From a virus (Duplodnaviria > Caudoviricetes): a DNA stretch of 64,000 nt. This document shows positions 31,901-41,961 of the stretch, piece after piece. The notes under the pieces are model-generated. The model did no database searches, was not told the origin of the DNA, and saw only the letters and a list, made by a program, of their open reading frames with translations. A program made the position numbers and the translations under genes. The stretch is from positions 64,001 through 128,000 of the IMG/VR virus record IMGVR_UViG_3300021399_000005; one strand, 5' to 3'. Position 1 is the stretch's first letter, and every line of letters starts with the position of its first letter.

Positions 31901-32350
31901 TTAACTCATCGTGTTGCTTCCACCACCACCAGAATTAGGCAATAAACTTTGATCAAAAATAAGTCCTTCATCAGGGCTAGAAGAAGAAAAAGGTGCAAAT
32001 GAAATGCTTCCTGCAGCAAAACCTTGAAACATTGCCACATATTTCTTTTCAATTTTTCCACTTTCCACTCCTAGTTGACCAAGAAAATAAGTCCCCATAA
32101 TATAATTTTCTTCTTCAGTTTCAGGTTGTTGCATAGAAGTAAATAAGGTTGGAATTTTGCCTTCTTCAAGATAAGTTTTTATCTCGTTGTATGTTGCCCC
32201 AAGCGTCATAGTACTTGTATCTAAACTTAATAACACAATATTAGAAGACCCAGAATCTCCAGAATTGTTTTCTATATTGCCAATAGCTTCTGTAATATTA
32301 TCTCCTTGCGTATTAAATACGCTTTTTATATTATCTAATAATCTACCCAT
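31901..32350 (-). CDS. putative structural protein
   Basis: N-terminus shared with 32463..33164; TLGATYNEIK motif. Confidence 0.45.
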   Translation of the reverse strand: MGRLLDNIKSVFNTQGDNITEAIGNIENNSGDSGSSNIVLLSLDTSTMTLGATYNEIKTYLEEGKIPTLFTSMQQPETEEENYIMGTYFLGQLGVESGKIEKKYVAMFQGFAAGSISFAPFSSSSPDEGLIFDQSLLPNSGGGGSNTMS

Positions 32351-32462
32351 AATATTTGACCTCCTTTTAAGGATTTTAAAGAGAGAGAAATAAAATTATA
32401 AGATGTTGTCCAATTTTTTATCTTAAATATAAGGATTTTTCTTTTAGTTTTTAATTATAACA

Positions 32463-33164
32463 CTATTTCCACAAAACGTCACCATTATCAAACTCAACAT
32501 AACTATTTGGGTCATGTTTATCTGGATAGATAACAGTTACTTGCGGAGTTTCAAGCCCATCTGCTACTCTAAACGAATAGAAACCACGGTCATTATCTCG
32601 ATACCATCTTTCAGGTGCGCCTGTTATTTTGTAATATTGAGTTCTTTCTGTTTCGACATAGCTATCGTTATAAAGAATAATGTAATCGTGCCACCATGGG
32701 TCTAGAACCCACATATCCGATACGGTTTGTGTTTCATATTCGTTATCGAAAATTGATTGTAACTCATAACGAACTCGATTAATACCAACAACCGTTTTTT
32801 TGTCTTGCGATAATTCAAGTTTATACCTATTAAAAGCAAAAATGTCCGAAAGTTCTGTACTCCATGTTTCTTCGTCTTCTTTGTAACATAACAATGCATT
32901 TGATGATTGTGTATGAGTGCCAGAAGAAGATTCATATTCGTCGATAGCAATTAATTTTACTCCCATGTCATCCAAGGGAACGACACCCTCTATAAATTCA
33001 AATGATATTTCTGTTGCCCCTTCTGTTCTTTTAATTTTTACAACTGGATAAAGGGGTTTACTTTCTCCATCACCCATATTTAAATCTATATTTTTAATTG
33101 ATTCTGAAATCAAATTTCCAGAACTTGAAAATTTTTCATTTAAATTATTTAAAATTTTGCCCAT
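32463..33164 (-). CDS. putative structural protein
   Basis: N-terminus shared with 31901..32350; GGAGG RBS. Confidence 0.45.
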   Translation of the reverse strand: MGKILNNLNEKFSSSGNLISESIKNIDLNMGDGESKPLYPVVKIKRTEGATEISFEFIEGVVPLDDMGVKLIAIDEYESSSGTHTQSSNALLCYKEDEETWSTELSDIFAFNRYKLELSQDKKTVVGINRVRYELQSIFDNEYETQTVSDMWVLDPWWHDYIILYNDSYVETERTQYYKITGAPERWYRDNDRGFYSFRVADGLETPQVTVIYPDKHDPNSYVEFDNGDVLWK

Positions 33165-33205
33165 TAAAAAACCTCCTTTTTTAATTTATTTAAAAAAACT
33201 AATTG

Positions 33206-33679
33206 CTATCAGTTGACATAGTAGTCCGTCACACCTGGAGCGCAACCACTATCTTCAACGATGCAGTCGCCCATTGAGCAAGCGAAGACTGTGCCCTGCT
33301 CTATATCTGAAGCCGCCACTACATAATATCCATTTGCATCTCTATAAAAACCTTGTTCATCAGCAGTCCAATTAGGAGTATTATAGTGATATAAAACATT
33401 ACTTGAATAATATGTTTCTGTGCGCCCGTCATAGCTATAAACCCCGCCAGATGGGGAAATGGTTTCATAACCACTTTCATCTATTGAATAGCTAACCTCT
33501 TGCGCCAAAGGGGCTTCTTCAATAATCACTTCTTCTTCTTGGACTGGTTCTTCTTCTACTATTTTATCTACTTTCTTTTCTTTAACCACTTTTTCTTTTG
33601 TTGGACTAGTTGTTTGTAAGCCATACAATAGAAAAAGAATAGCTACTAAACAAATAATTATTCCTCAAATTTTCTTCAT
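33206..33679 (-). CDS. secreted/membrane-anchored 3D-like cell-wall-modifying protein, with two TGA-Trp codons
   Basis: With TGA=Trp the protein starts MKKIWGIIICLVAILFLLYG (signal/TM) and ends VEDSGCAPGVTDYYVNW followed by TAG. Confidence 0.7.
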
Positions 33680-33710
33680 AAAAATCATTCCTTTCCAAAT
33701 AAAAAAGAGG

Positions 33711-34237
33711 TTACTTATGCACCTCTAAATCAGTTAAAATCATATCTGCTTCTCTAAAATCAATCCAAGAATCTGTTAATTTTTTACAACTTTTTTCAAA
33801 CTTCTTTTTAGCTTTTCTATATTCCCTTAATTTTTGCTGATATTCTTTATCTGCATCGGCATAGATTTTTCTATACAACTTGCGCTCTGCCCTAGCTTTT
33901 GCCAGGGTAAGACCAAACTGCATATCAAAGGAGTCTTCTGGATGACACTTAGCCTTCCCGGTAATATCACCATAACTCTTTGTATGAAATGTAAAAATTG
34001 TTTTGTTTCCTAATCTATAATTACTAGTCTTCATTTTTATTCCTCTTGTAACTGCTCTAACTTTTTGTAAACTAAATCTGGATGATATCCATATAAGATG
34101 AGTGCCTTGCCAAATAAAACAAATGCATCATCAATATGCGTCCCTTCATCGAGTTCAAACGAACCATTGACGGAACCAATTCGATCTCCATCATCATCAA
34201 TAACAACGCTCTGAACTTTAATACTAAGTGTTTCCAT
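33711..34237 (-). other. two hypothetical CDS (33711-34034 with AKCHPED motif; 34037-34237)
   Basis: Operon behind a TTGATT-TATAAT promoter. Confidence 0.6.
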
Positions 34238-34324
34238 ATTCTTTCTCCTTATTTCATTCTTTATATAATAATTATAACATTATTTTTATAAAAAATCAAA
34301 TAAAAAGAAGGAAAGGTTCCTCCT

Positions 34325-35195
34325 AATTATACTATATAGGCTGAGTAATTGACCTAAAGTGGTATCCATCTTATGCGGTTAGCCGCACGTTTACACACAA
34401 CTTTTGGTTGTAGGATACATCGACAGGACATTTGAGAAACGTCCCCAAATCTTACTGGAACCTGAATAACTTTCATTTCCTAGCCGATCCCTTTGGAGAG
34501 GTTCAATGGCTCCCACCATTTAATCGTACGCTCATACTCTTACTCATTCACCCTATACCTTGCGAGCTAGTAGTGTCCTCATCTTTCATAGGATAGTCGA
34601 TTTTCGGTTTTCCAGTCCGGCGCACTTTTGCTTGAAAATGGCAACTCTTATCTTTTTCACAAGGTAAGAATTCTTTAAGTACGCTATAATGTAACTGAAT
34701 GACGAGGCGCCGGTTTTGGCTCTCACCCTTTTGGAGCAAGCCTACCAATCGCCACTCTTCTTTCGGAGCCACCTACTCGATTTTAATACCACTTACACGA
34801 AACTCCCTCAACATAAGTGATTGTACTAAATATTATAAACTCTTCTTTTGGCAGAAGTCGAGTCTATAACCATTTTAAAAATCGTATATTTCTATACTTA
34901 TCTCCTCTTAGCGACGGCTTATCCTAGAGAAGCTTTACTTTTCTTACAGGTCTGCCCAACCCATAAGAGCATAAACTTTTAAAATGCCTTTCCGTGGAAA
35001 GGGTTATCCCTTCGCTCTCATAAAACCACTAGAGAACTTTTACCTATTGCTAGGCTTATCCATTTAAGGTCACGAAGGCTGACCTTTAAGAACTATTAGC
35101 TTTACCCAGAGTCCACCACGTGGAGGTTGTTCTTACGGACTCCTTTTAAGAGCTACTAGAGGTAACTCTTAAAGAAAAGAGGATTTTTTGTATTT
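34325..35195 (-). ncRNA. large structured ncRNA (~870 nt), GOLLD-like candidate
   Basis: No credible ORF, raised GC, many hairpins, promoter TTGCAT-17-TATAAT just upstream and a terminator-like stem with U-tract downstream; lies near a phage tRNA cluster. Confidence 0.6.
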
Positions 35196-35199
35196 ACAT

Positions 35200-35233
35200 A
35201 TATATTATACAAAAATTTTTTAAGAAATGCAAG
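35200..35233 (-). promoter_or_regulatory. representative sigma-A-type phage promoter TTG(A/C)NN-17-TATAATATAT, recurring upstream of many minus-strand units (e.g. ~4845, 7210, 16600, 20700, 28110, 42360, 49200, 51715, 56480, 60560)
   Basis: Repeated plus-strand signature atatattata..N17..tgtcaa/agtcaa in intergenic gaps. Confidence 0.75.
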
Positions 35234-36482
35234 TAATTTTCTTTTTTTCGTAATCTAAATAATATGCGCCAGGTTCAAACTCTTGCTCAAAATAAATTAA
35301 CATTGATTCGGTATCAAGAGGACCTCGTAAATATCCTTCATCTGAAGTTGTAATTACTAGAATTGGATTGCGGGCTTTCTTAAAATCTGCTTTGCAGAAT
35401 GGGGAATTTCCATTATAATACCAATCATCAGATGGTTCAAAAACATTAAACGCATAATCAATATATAAATAGGCATATCCTTGAACAAACTCATCATAAA
35501 CTCTTCCGGCATTACATTCATACGGAAAATCATCCCAATCATCGCCCCAGTAATCATTACAATCATTGTCACCAAGATAGAGCTTAATAACATTGCCTTT
35601 TCGTTCAAAATCAATAATCTTCATATTTTAACCTTCCGTTTCTAAAATAAGGACTTTTGCACCATAAGGGATTGCATAATCAACCATATCTACTACCTGT
35701 TGGAGGAAGAATGATTCATATTCTCTTGAATTGTAATCTGGAATGGCATAGAACATATATTCAGAAGCATCAGGCTCTCTATATTTTCCACCTTCAACAT
35801 CTTCTCTCTCTGGGTTCGGGCCAAACTTCATTTGATTTTCAACCTTTGCCAAATATACTTCTGGAGAAATCATATTGTAAAAATATTCTTGTTCAGCAAT
35901 TTTATATTTCTGGTATCTCTGAATATCTTGGATGAGGTAATAACCCATTTTAACAAAATTGACTGAAGGTAATTGATCAATAGGAAGATATTTTACATAT
36001 TCTAGTGTTTCTTTTCCATTCCAATCAGTATAAGTAAATTGATATTTTACATCATCGCCCATCTTATTTTCTGGTAAGGCATAAAAATCATCATATAAAT
36101 CAGAAGCAAAAGATTGAGATTTTGCAAGTGCAGGCATGGCTTTTTGACTTTCTTTATAGTGCGGGCCTGCCACATGAACAATTCCATCTAGTTCATAACC
36201 AATATAATAAGTATACCAATAACTCATTGACTAATCCTCCTCTTTCCAGTTTTGTAATTCAGCACTCCATTTACTTAATCTATTAATTTCCTCTATTTCT
36301 TCATTAAATTCTATAAGACGTTCTAACCATTCTTCAACTTTACTGTCTTCTACATAGAATGGGTCAGTGGAACATTCCCACTGAAACATATGTAAAAATT
36401 GAAAAAATCTTAAATCAGGAAATGTTTTCCAAGCTTTATTTAAAAGATTTGTAATTCTATCAATTCTATCAAATTCTCTCAT
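35220..36482 (-). other. three hypothetical CDS (35220-35624, 35628-36227, 36231-36482)
   Basis: Contiguous ORFs with RBS. Confidence 0.65.
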
Positions 36483-36530
36483 AAATAAAAACCTCTTTTC
36501 TTTTTACATATATATTATACTACAAAAATT

Positions 36531-37166
36531 TTATTTTGTCAATAAATAATTGGGATTAAGAACTTGGAAACTAAGCTCTGGTTTATATAAACCCCTTACA
36601 ATAATTCCTTCTCCAGGCTTTTCTGGAGGATATGCGTAAATGCCTGCTTTGGTAGCTCTCGTAACCAGGTCCGCCATAGTTGGATAAGACATATTTAAAT
36701 AAAATCCCATCTCTTCGGTCTGTACTGGTTGCATACCTAAAACGCCACTTAGTAAATGTAAAGCTTCATAATCACATAATTTTTCATCTACTTTTGCGGT
36801 AAATGGAAACCATTTTAATTCTTTAAGTTCTAAAGGATTGTCATGAATTTCCGGGCCACAGAACTCGCCAAAGACGTAAACCTTATCGGCTTCCGCCATC
36901 TCTTTAAATTGTTTTAACTTTTCTAAAACATTACTTTGTTTTAACCATTCAATAAACTTTTCATCTTGAGAAAAATAAGTTTGACCTTCTTCATCAATAG
37001 CAATATAACGAGGTTCTCCATCATATTTAGTAGTAATGTAATAAGGAGTTTTGTCAAACTCCTTTACAATATCTGGATTTTCTTGAATGGTTTTTTCATG
37101 CGGAATATCAACCCAAATGGGGACAGTTTTAATTATCTCCTTCGTCAAGATAATCCATCCTTTCAA
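36531..37166 (-). CDS. Rnl2-like RNA ligase (nucleotidyltransferase domain)
   Basis: TTKYDG (KxDG), VFGEFCG..NP, EGIIVR, SFQVLN. Confidence 0.7.
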   Translation of the reverse strand: MKGWIILTKEIIKTVPIWVDIPHEKTIQENPDIVKEFDKTPYYITTKYDGEPRYIAIDEEGQTYFSQDEKFIEWLKQSNVLEKLKQFKEMAEADKVYVFGEFCGPEIHDNPLELKELKWFPFTAKVDEKLCDYEALHLLSGVLGMQPVQTEEMGFYLNMSYPTMADLVTRATKAGIYAYPPEKPGEGIIVRGLYKPELSFQVLNPNYLLTK

Positions 37167-37368
37167 TTTCTTTTAAATCTGAATGTTTCCATCCATCTTT
37201 CTTAGTTTTTGTAGCACATATAGGACAAGAGCAATGAACCTTACCTTTACTCAATTTGTGAAGAGGATAACCGGCCAAAGAGTCTCCCCAAACATATTTA
37301 AAGATATTTCTTTTTTTAAAAATATGATTCCAATCATTGTGACGACGTTTTGCTCTTCTTGTTCTCAT
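37129..37368 (-). CDS. hypothetical basic protein
   Basis: KGKVHCSCPIC motif. Confidence 0.6.
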   Translation of the reverse strand: MRTRRAKRRHNDWNHIFKKRNIFKYVWGDSLAGYPLHKLSKGKVHCSCPICATKTKKDGWKHSDLKEIERMDYLDEGDN

Positions 37369-37877
37369 TAATATACCTCCACCTGACAGCTGCGCATAAC
37401 CTCTAAAGCTGCTTCATGCTTGGCGGGTGTTACGCCAGCGCAGCACGCAGAATCAACTTTAACATCCATTTCTGGAAACGCATTTTTAACTAATAATACG
37501 TTAGAAATAACACAAATATCAGTACATAAGCCAATAAATTCTATCTCATCATAATCACCAGCATATAAGGTTATAATAGGAGAGCCAAAAGTTTCTTTTT
37601 GAATTGTAGCAGGGCCTTTATCTCTTAAAGCTGCTTTTACTTCATCTACAATTTGCCAACCATCAGAATATTTAATACAATGAGGAACAGGTAAAAACTT
37701 TCCTTCTCTTGTTTCTAAGTAATCTTCATAATGAGTATCTTGGGTAACAATAATATCTCCATCAAAATTGCGAATTTTTTCACAAACTTTTGGAATAATA
37801 GCTTGCGCTTCTGGTGTTCCAAGTGCGCCAGTTACGAAATCGTTCTGTACATCAACAACTACAAGGGCTTTATACAT
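37368..37877 (-). CDS. nicotinamidase/isochorismatase family cysteine hydrolase
   Basis: VVVDVQNDF, TQDTH, HCI..G, K.TFGS, GLCTDICV. Confidence 0.9.
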   Translation of the reverse strand: MYKALVVVDVQNDFVTGALGTPEAQAIIPKVCEKIRNFDGDIIVTQDTHYEDYLETREGKFLPVPHCIKYSDGWQIVDEVKAALRDKGPATIQKETFGSPIITLYAGDYDEIEFIGLCTDICVISNVLLVKNAFPEMDVKVDSACCAGVTPAKHEAALEVMRSCQVEVY

Positions 37878-38768
37878 GTTTTTCTCCTTTCACAAATTTA
37901 TATCCAATTTTTTCATAGTATGGTTTCATATCAATAAAATATTCTACTTTTCCTTCGTTTCCCCATTTAGAATAACTAATAAATTCTTCTAAAGGAGAGT
38001 TTTCTATAGTATAATCACCTGGAATGTTATTTTTACATTTTTCACAAAGAGGAGTTATCCAACCAGTAGTTATTTTTTTGCATGGAAATTTCCCACAAAT
38101 AATACACGTATGTTCTGAAATATATTCCCAAGCATATTCATGTTCAGACCAACACTCTGGTTCATTATTTAAATAAACTCTTAATCCACCGTATTTCTCT
38201 TTTGCTTGAAGGATATGTACATCTGCGCAATCTATACCTTCTTTTTCACAACATTCTTTAAGGTCTTTACACCAAGCAAGACCAAAACGTTTCCACCATC
38301 CTCTAGGAATAGAGATGTCTAATTCGTTATATGTGCAGTTTGACAGGGGGTTTCCAAAATAATCTCTAGGAGTTAAAAAGGGGTATTGTTTAATTAAAAT
38401 TTTATTTTTAAGAATTAAAAATATATTTTTCATAAATCTCCTCTCTAGTAGATTTCCCACCAATAGTCATAAACTTTGTGATAAGTTGAATTGTGGACTT
38501 CATTTCTACGAGCTTTTCGATGAGAAATTTTCTTATGTTCTTTACTAGTTTGTTTGCGCCAATATCTTTTGATATAGGCTTTATCAGATGGATAAAATTT
38601 TGCTTCATTCCAGTCATAATGACCATTGCTCCAGTATGCTGGAGCTGGGTACCAACGAGAATGCACCATTAATTTTTTAGTTTTTTCCTTCTCTTTCTTC
38701 TTGTTGTAATGAGAAAGACTTTTTCTTTTGCCGGAATACGGGTCTTTGTAACTATGCATTTTCCTCAC
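37870..38768 (-). other. two hypothetical CDS (37870-38433 with QAKEKYGGLRVY..CIICG; 38445-38768, basic)
   Basis: Contiguous ORFs. Confidence 0.65.
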
Positions 38769-38838
38769 CTCTTATATAATAATTATATAATAAATTAAAA
38801 TAATAAACAAATAAAAGCCCTCCAAGACGGAGGGCTGG

Positions 38839-39143
38839 TAGTGGAGCTGGGGGAGATCGAATCCCCGTCTTAGCTAGATTATTATTATACTTTTCTTTAT
38901 CCACAGCTTACTTAGATATGGTCTTTCACAAGTATATTATCTAAGAACTTTTACTTGCGGCAGCTCGTTTTGGTAACTCTTCTAAGCGGCGAGCGCACTT
39001 AAAGAGAAATTATTGAATGAAAAGATATTTTTAATCTTTGAAAAAATGTTTTTAGCGTTTAATTTTAGGTTTGATGGTTCGGGTCATCACCCCGCTGCAA
39101 GCATAACCTCACCTATCTAATCGAATGCCAACTCTACAGCCCC
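38839..39143 (-). ncRNA. ssrA: tmRNA
   Basis: 5' GGGGCTG / 3' CAGCTCCA acceptor with G3-U70; T-arm GGGGA-TTCGATC-TCCCC; internal tag ORF 39056-38982 encodes AKNIFSKIKNIFSFNNFSLSALAA then stop. Confidence 0.92.
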
Positions 39144-39541
39144 ATATAAACTTTTGCATATAATGCTGTTGTTTCTTGCTTTGTTGGAGTATCTCCAACA
39201 GGGAGAAATTCAACATCTAAAACAATCTTTTTATGAGGAATAACTTTTTCACAACCATAAAAATCCCAATCTCCATATCTTGCATTCATTCCATAATTCC
39301 AAGAAAAATAAGAATCATTAATTTTTAAAATTGTTGATCTATTATTCCAGCTTTTATAAAGGTCATATTCTTGACAAACATCAGCAACCAAAAAATTTTC
39401 ATCGATAGTATCAAAAACTTCTAAAGGTTCATCTTCATCAGAAAGGATATTTTCATGGTCTTCATAGTTTAATAACATAGCATCGGCAATTTCTTCTCTA
39501 GTAGCTTCATTATCAATAAGTTTTTGAATTGAGATTTGCAT
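39134..39541 (-). CDS. hypothetical protein (stop codon lies inside the tmRNA 5' end)
   Basis: 135-aa ORF with RBS. Confidence 0.65.
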   Translation of the reverse strand: MQISIQKLIDNEATREEIADAMLLNYEDHENILSDEDEPLEVFDTIDENFLVADVCQEYDLYKSWNNRSTILKINDSYFSWNYGMNARYGDWDFYGCEKVIPHKKIVLDVEFLPVGDTPTKQETTALYAKVYMGL

Positions 39542-39566
39542 ATTTTTATTCCTTTTCTTTTGTGAG

Positions 39567-39638
39567 GGAGACCAAAGAGAATCGAACTCTTATTTAGACG
39601 GTCACAACGTCTCGCTCTACCATTGAACTATAGCCTCC
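39567..39638 (-). tRNA. tRNA-His(GTG)
   Basis: Cloverleaf; G-1:C73; anticodon arm AGACG-TTGTGAC-CGTCT. Confidence 0.9.
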
Positions 39639-39646
39639 ATATAAAA

Positions 39647-39722
39647 TGGTGGACAGTCCCAGTTACGCTCTGGGCTCTCTGGTGTTTCAGACCAGCGCTT
39701 TCACTAGATTAGCTTACTGTCC
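39647..39722 (-). tRNA. tRNA-Phe(GAA), atypical T-loop
   Basis: CTGGT-CTGAAAC-ACCAG; CCA encoded. Confidence 0.8.
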
Positions 39723-40002
39723 ATCAAAAAGTGAGGCCCAACCCTCACTGGCAGGATATATAACCCTGGAGTTCCCTCAGCTTTATTAAGTCCAGTATGA
39801 CAACATTCACTACCGAGGTGGTGGAAAAAAAGAAAAAAGGTTAAGAACATTCTGCGGATCCCTGACGTTTTTATGTCCGAAATTTAAAGGGGCATGACTT
39901 CCTTTTAGGTACTGTTGCTGAAGCCTCATTCACTTCACCACTTGCGTTTGGCGTTCTACTTCGGTGGCCAATCCGATTAATATTCCTTTTTTCTGTTGTT
40001 AG

Positions 40003-40083
40003 TGCGGATAACAGGACTCGAACCTGTACGCACGAGGCATTAGTTTCTAAGACTAACATGGCTGCCAATTACATCATATCCGC
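40003..40083 (-). tRNA. tRNA-Leu(TAG)
   Basis: TTAGT-CTTAGAA-ACTAA; variable arm. Confidence 0.9.
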
Positions 40084-40273
40084 ATGTATAAAAACTTTCT
40101 TCAACCCTGATTTACCTAGCCCACGTTACGATTTATCTAGGCGTTTCTGCAATTGGGTGCTATTATCCCTAGCGTTGAATTTTAGGGCACTTCCTGAGAG
40201 ATCCTTGGGTATCTCCTTTAAAGATTCGCGGGTCTTTAAAGGTTCGCATTGAAAGCTTTTTTAAAAAATAAAA

Positions 40274-40347
40274 TGGCGGCCCCAATAGGAATCGAACCTA
40301 TATTGTTTGAATCAAAATCAAATGTTTTACCATTAAACTATGGGGCT
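40274..40347 (-). tRNA. tRNA-Gln(TTG)
   Basis: TTTGA-TTTTGAT-TCAAA; CCA encoded. Confidence 0.88.
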
Positions 40348-40362
40348 ATAAACTTGGGATTT

Positions 40363-41106
40363 TTATAGAAGTTCCCATTCTTCATCAGAGTATTTTTGTA
40401 TATCTTTTTTTGTTCTTGGTAAGCTAAATTTGTCACATCATTTTCTAATAGCGTTATCAGAAACATCATACTGTCTTCCAATTTCTAAAAAAGATTTAGT
40501 ACGAATTAAATTTTTTAATTCTTCTCTTGAAACTGGCATTTTTTCAAGAGAAATTACTGAATGTTTAGCGTTACATTCTTTGCATCTAATTGCTCCATAA
40601 GAAATTTTTACTCCACAATCAACACAATGTGACTCTTTTCTTGAGAGTTTTTCTGAAACATTTTTTCCAGCAAAAGTATCTGTTTGTCTGTCACAGTTTG
40701 GACAAATTCAACGTAAGTTTTCTAACCTATCATCATGATTGTCTCCGTTAATATGGTCTAAAGTTAATGTCAACGGTTTTCCTTGTCATTCAGGAGGTAA
40801 CCCACAAATTGCACACTTATATTCAGAATAATTTCCCTTTAAATATCATCTACGAAGTGTTGCTTGCGTTGCAGTAGAATTTTTTATAAAAACATTTTCT
40901 TCTGTTCGTTTAATAGCACCTTTTGCAACCCCAGTAAAATGATTTGTACTAATTTTATATTCATCTAGTACTTTTTGAATGGTTTGAAAATTTGAGCCAA
41001 TTGATTTATACCCAAGTTTTCGTTGTAGTTCTCTCATTGAATGAGATTCTTTAACTAATTTTTCTAATTCTTCTTTAGAATATTGACGAACTAATGCAAC
41101 TGTCAT
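40363..41106 (-). CDS. free-standing HNH endonuclease with Zn finger and C-terminal HTH, four TGA-Trp codons (247 aa)
   Basis: Reading TGA as W gives LRRWYLK..CAICGLPPEWQGKPLTLTLDHINGDNHDDRLENLRWICPNC..SDNAIRKWC..; homologous to the intron HNH. Confidence 0.88.
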
Positions 41107-41190
41107 AATATAATCTCCCTTCTTCTTATATATTATAACAAATAATGCAAAAGAATGTCAATTTTCTGCCCAAAGATTTTAAACAAAATT

Positions 41191-41268
41191 TGGCGGTCCC
41201 GACGAGACTTGAACTCGCAACCTCCGCAGTGACAGTGCGGTACTCTCAACCAATTGCGCTACGAGACC
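41191..41268 (-). tRNA. tRNA-Asp(GTC)
   Basis: CCGCA-CTGTCAC-TGCGG; CCA encoded. Confidence 0.92.
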
Positions 41269-41404
41269 GTATATTGTGGCACCAGGCTTTAACGGGTCTA
41301 GCCACTTTTCGTCCGGCTTTGACGATATCAAGCTACCGAATGATTGTTTCTACTTCACAATCAATAACACGGGTTTAAGAGGTTTTCCTTCCTCATGATG
41401 AACT

Positions 41405-41755
41405 TTAAATTTTGATTTCGTGGATTTTTAAGTTCATTTCTTTTGCATTTTTCAGCATGTTTTTCGAGCCTGGAGATGAACCGTTCCAAAACAGTATTAA
41501 TGCATCAGCATACTCTGCCATCTGTTTATTTCTGATTGGACCAGCTGCTCGTCCATATGTGTTCCAATCAGCAGGAAATCGTTTTACAGGCAATCCATTT
41601 TCCTTTGCATACCGTTCTCCGAGTTTATCAACGCCTTGAGCACATCCGGAAACAATCTCAATATTTGTCTGGTTGGAAAGGTAATGATTCAGAACGGATT
41701 TGACAAAAGTATAATTCGTAAAATGTCTACTACCTGCAACAATAACTTTAAACAT
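41405..41755 (-). CDS. SLOG/YspA-like (DUF2493) protein
   Basis: VIVAGSR, IVSGCAQGVD, AAGPIRN..MA, FWNGSSPGSKNM; start MFKV with GAGGAG RBS. Confidence 0.85.
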   Translation of the reverse strand: MFKVIVAGSRHFTNYTFVKSVLNHYLSNQTNIEIVSGCAQGVDKLGERYAKENGLPVKRFPADWNTYGRAAGPIRNKQMAEYADALILFWNGSSPGSKNMLKNAKEMNLKIHEIKI

Positions 41756-41777
41756 GCTCTTCTCCTCTAATAAAAAG

Positions 41778-41851
41778 TGACGCATACGGGATTCGAACCC
41801 ATGAATGCCGCCGTGAAAGGGCGGTGTGTTAAGCCACTTCACCAATGCGCC
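41778..41851 (-). tRNA. tRNA-Glu(TTC)
   Basis: CCGCC-CTTTCAC-GGCGG. Confidence 0.92.
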
Positions 41852-41854
41852 ATA

Positions 41855-41940
41855 TGGTGGGACGAGGTGGAGTTGCACCACCGGTGTATCTTACGTGGCG
41901 GTTTTACAGACCGCTGGAATCGCTGCTATCCTACCGTCCC
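41855..41940 (-). tRNA. tRNA-Tyr(GTA)
   Basis: GCGGT-CTGTAAA-ACCGC; long variable arm; CCA encoded. Confidence 0.88.
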
Positions 41941-41961
41941 ATTTTTTTTATTTATAATGTG

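Noticed and set aside
34548-34772. 74-aa ORF inside the large ncRNA (likewise 39871-40068 and the N-terminal 42 aa of 41405-41881)
   Set aside because: They overlap structured RNA or tRNA genes and have no convincing RBS.
40003-40083. tRNA with anticodon TAG as an amber suppressor, or TAG recoding
   Set aside because: It reads CUA (Leu). TAG terminates many genes normally and no TAG-fragmented gene was seen.
41275-41345. Hammerhead-like GTC..GAC-GAAA-stem
   Set aside because: The CUGANGA core is absent.
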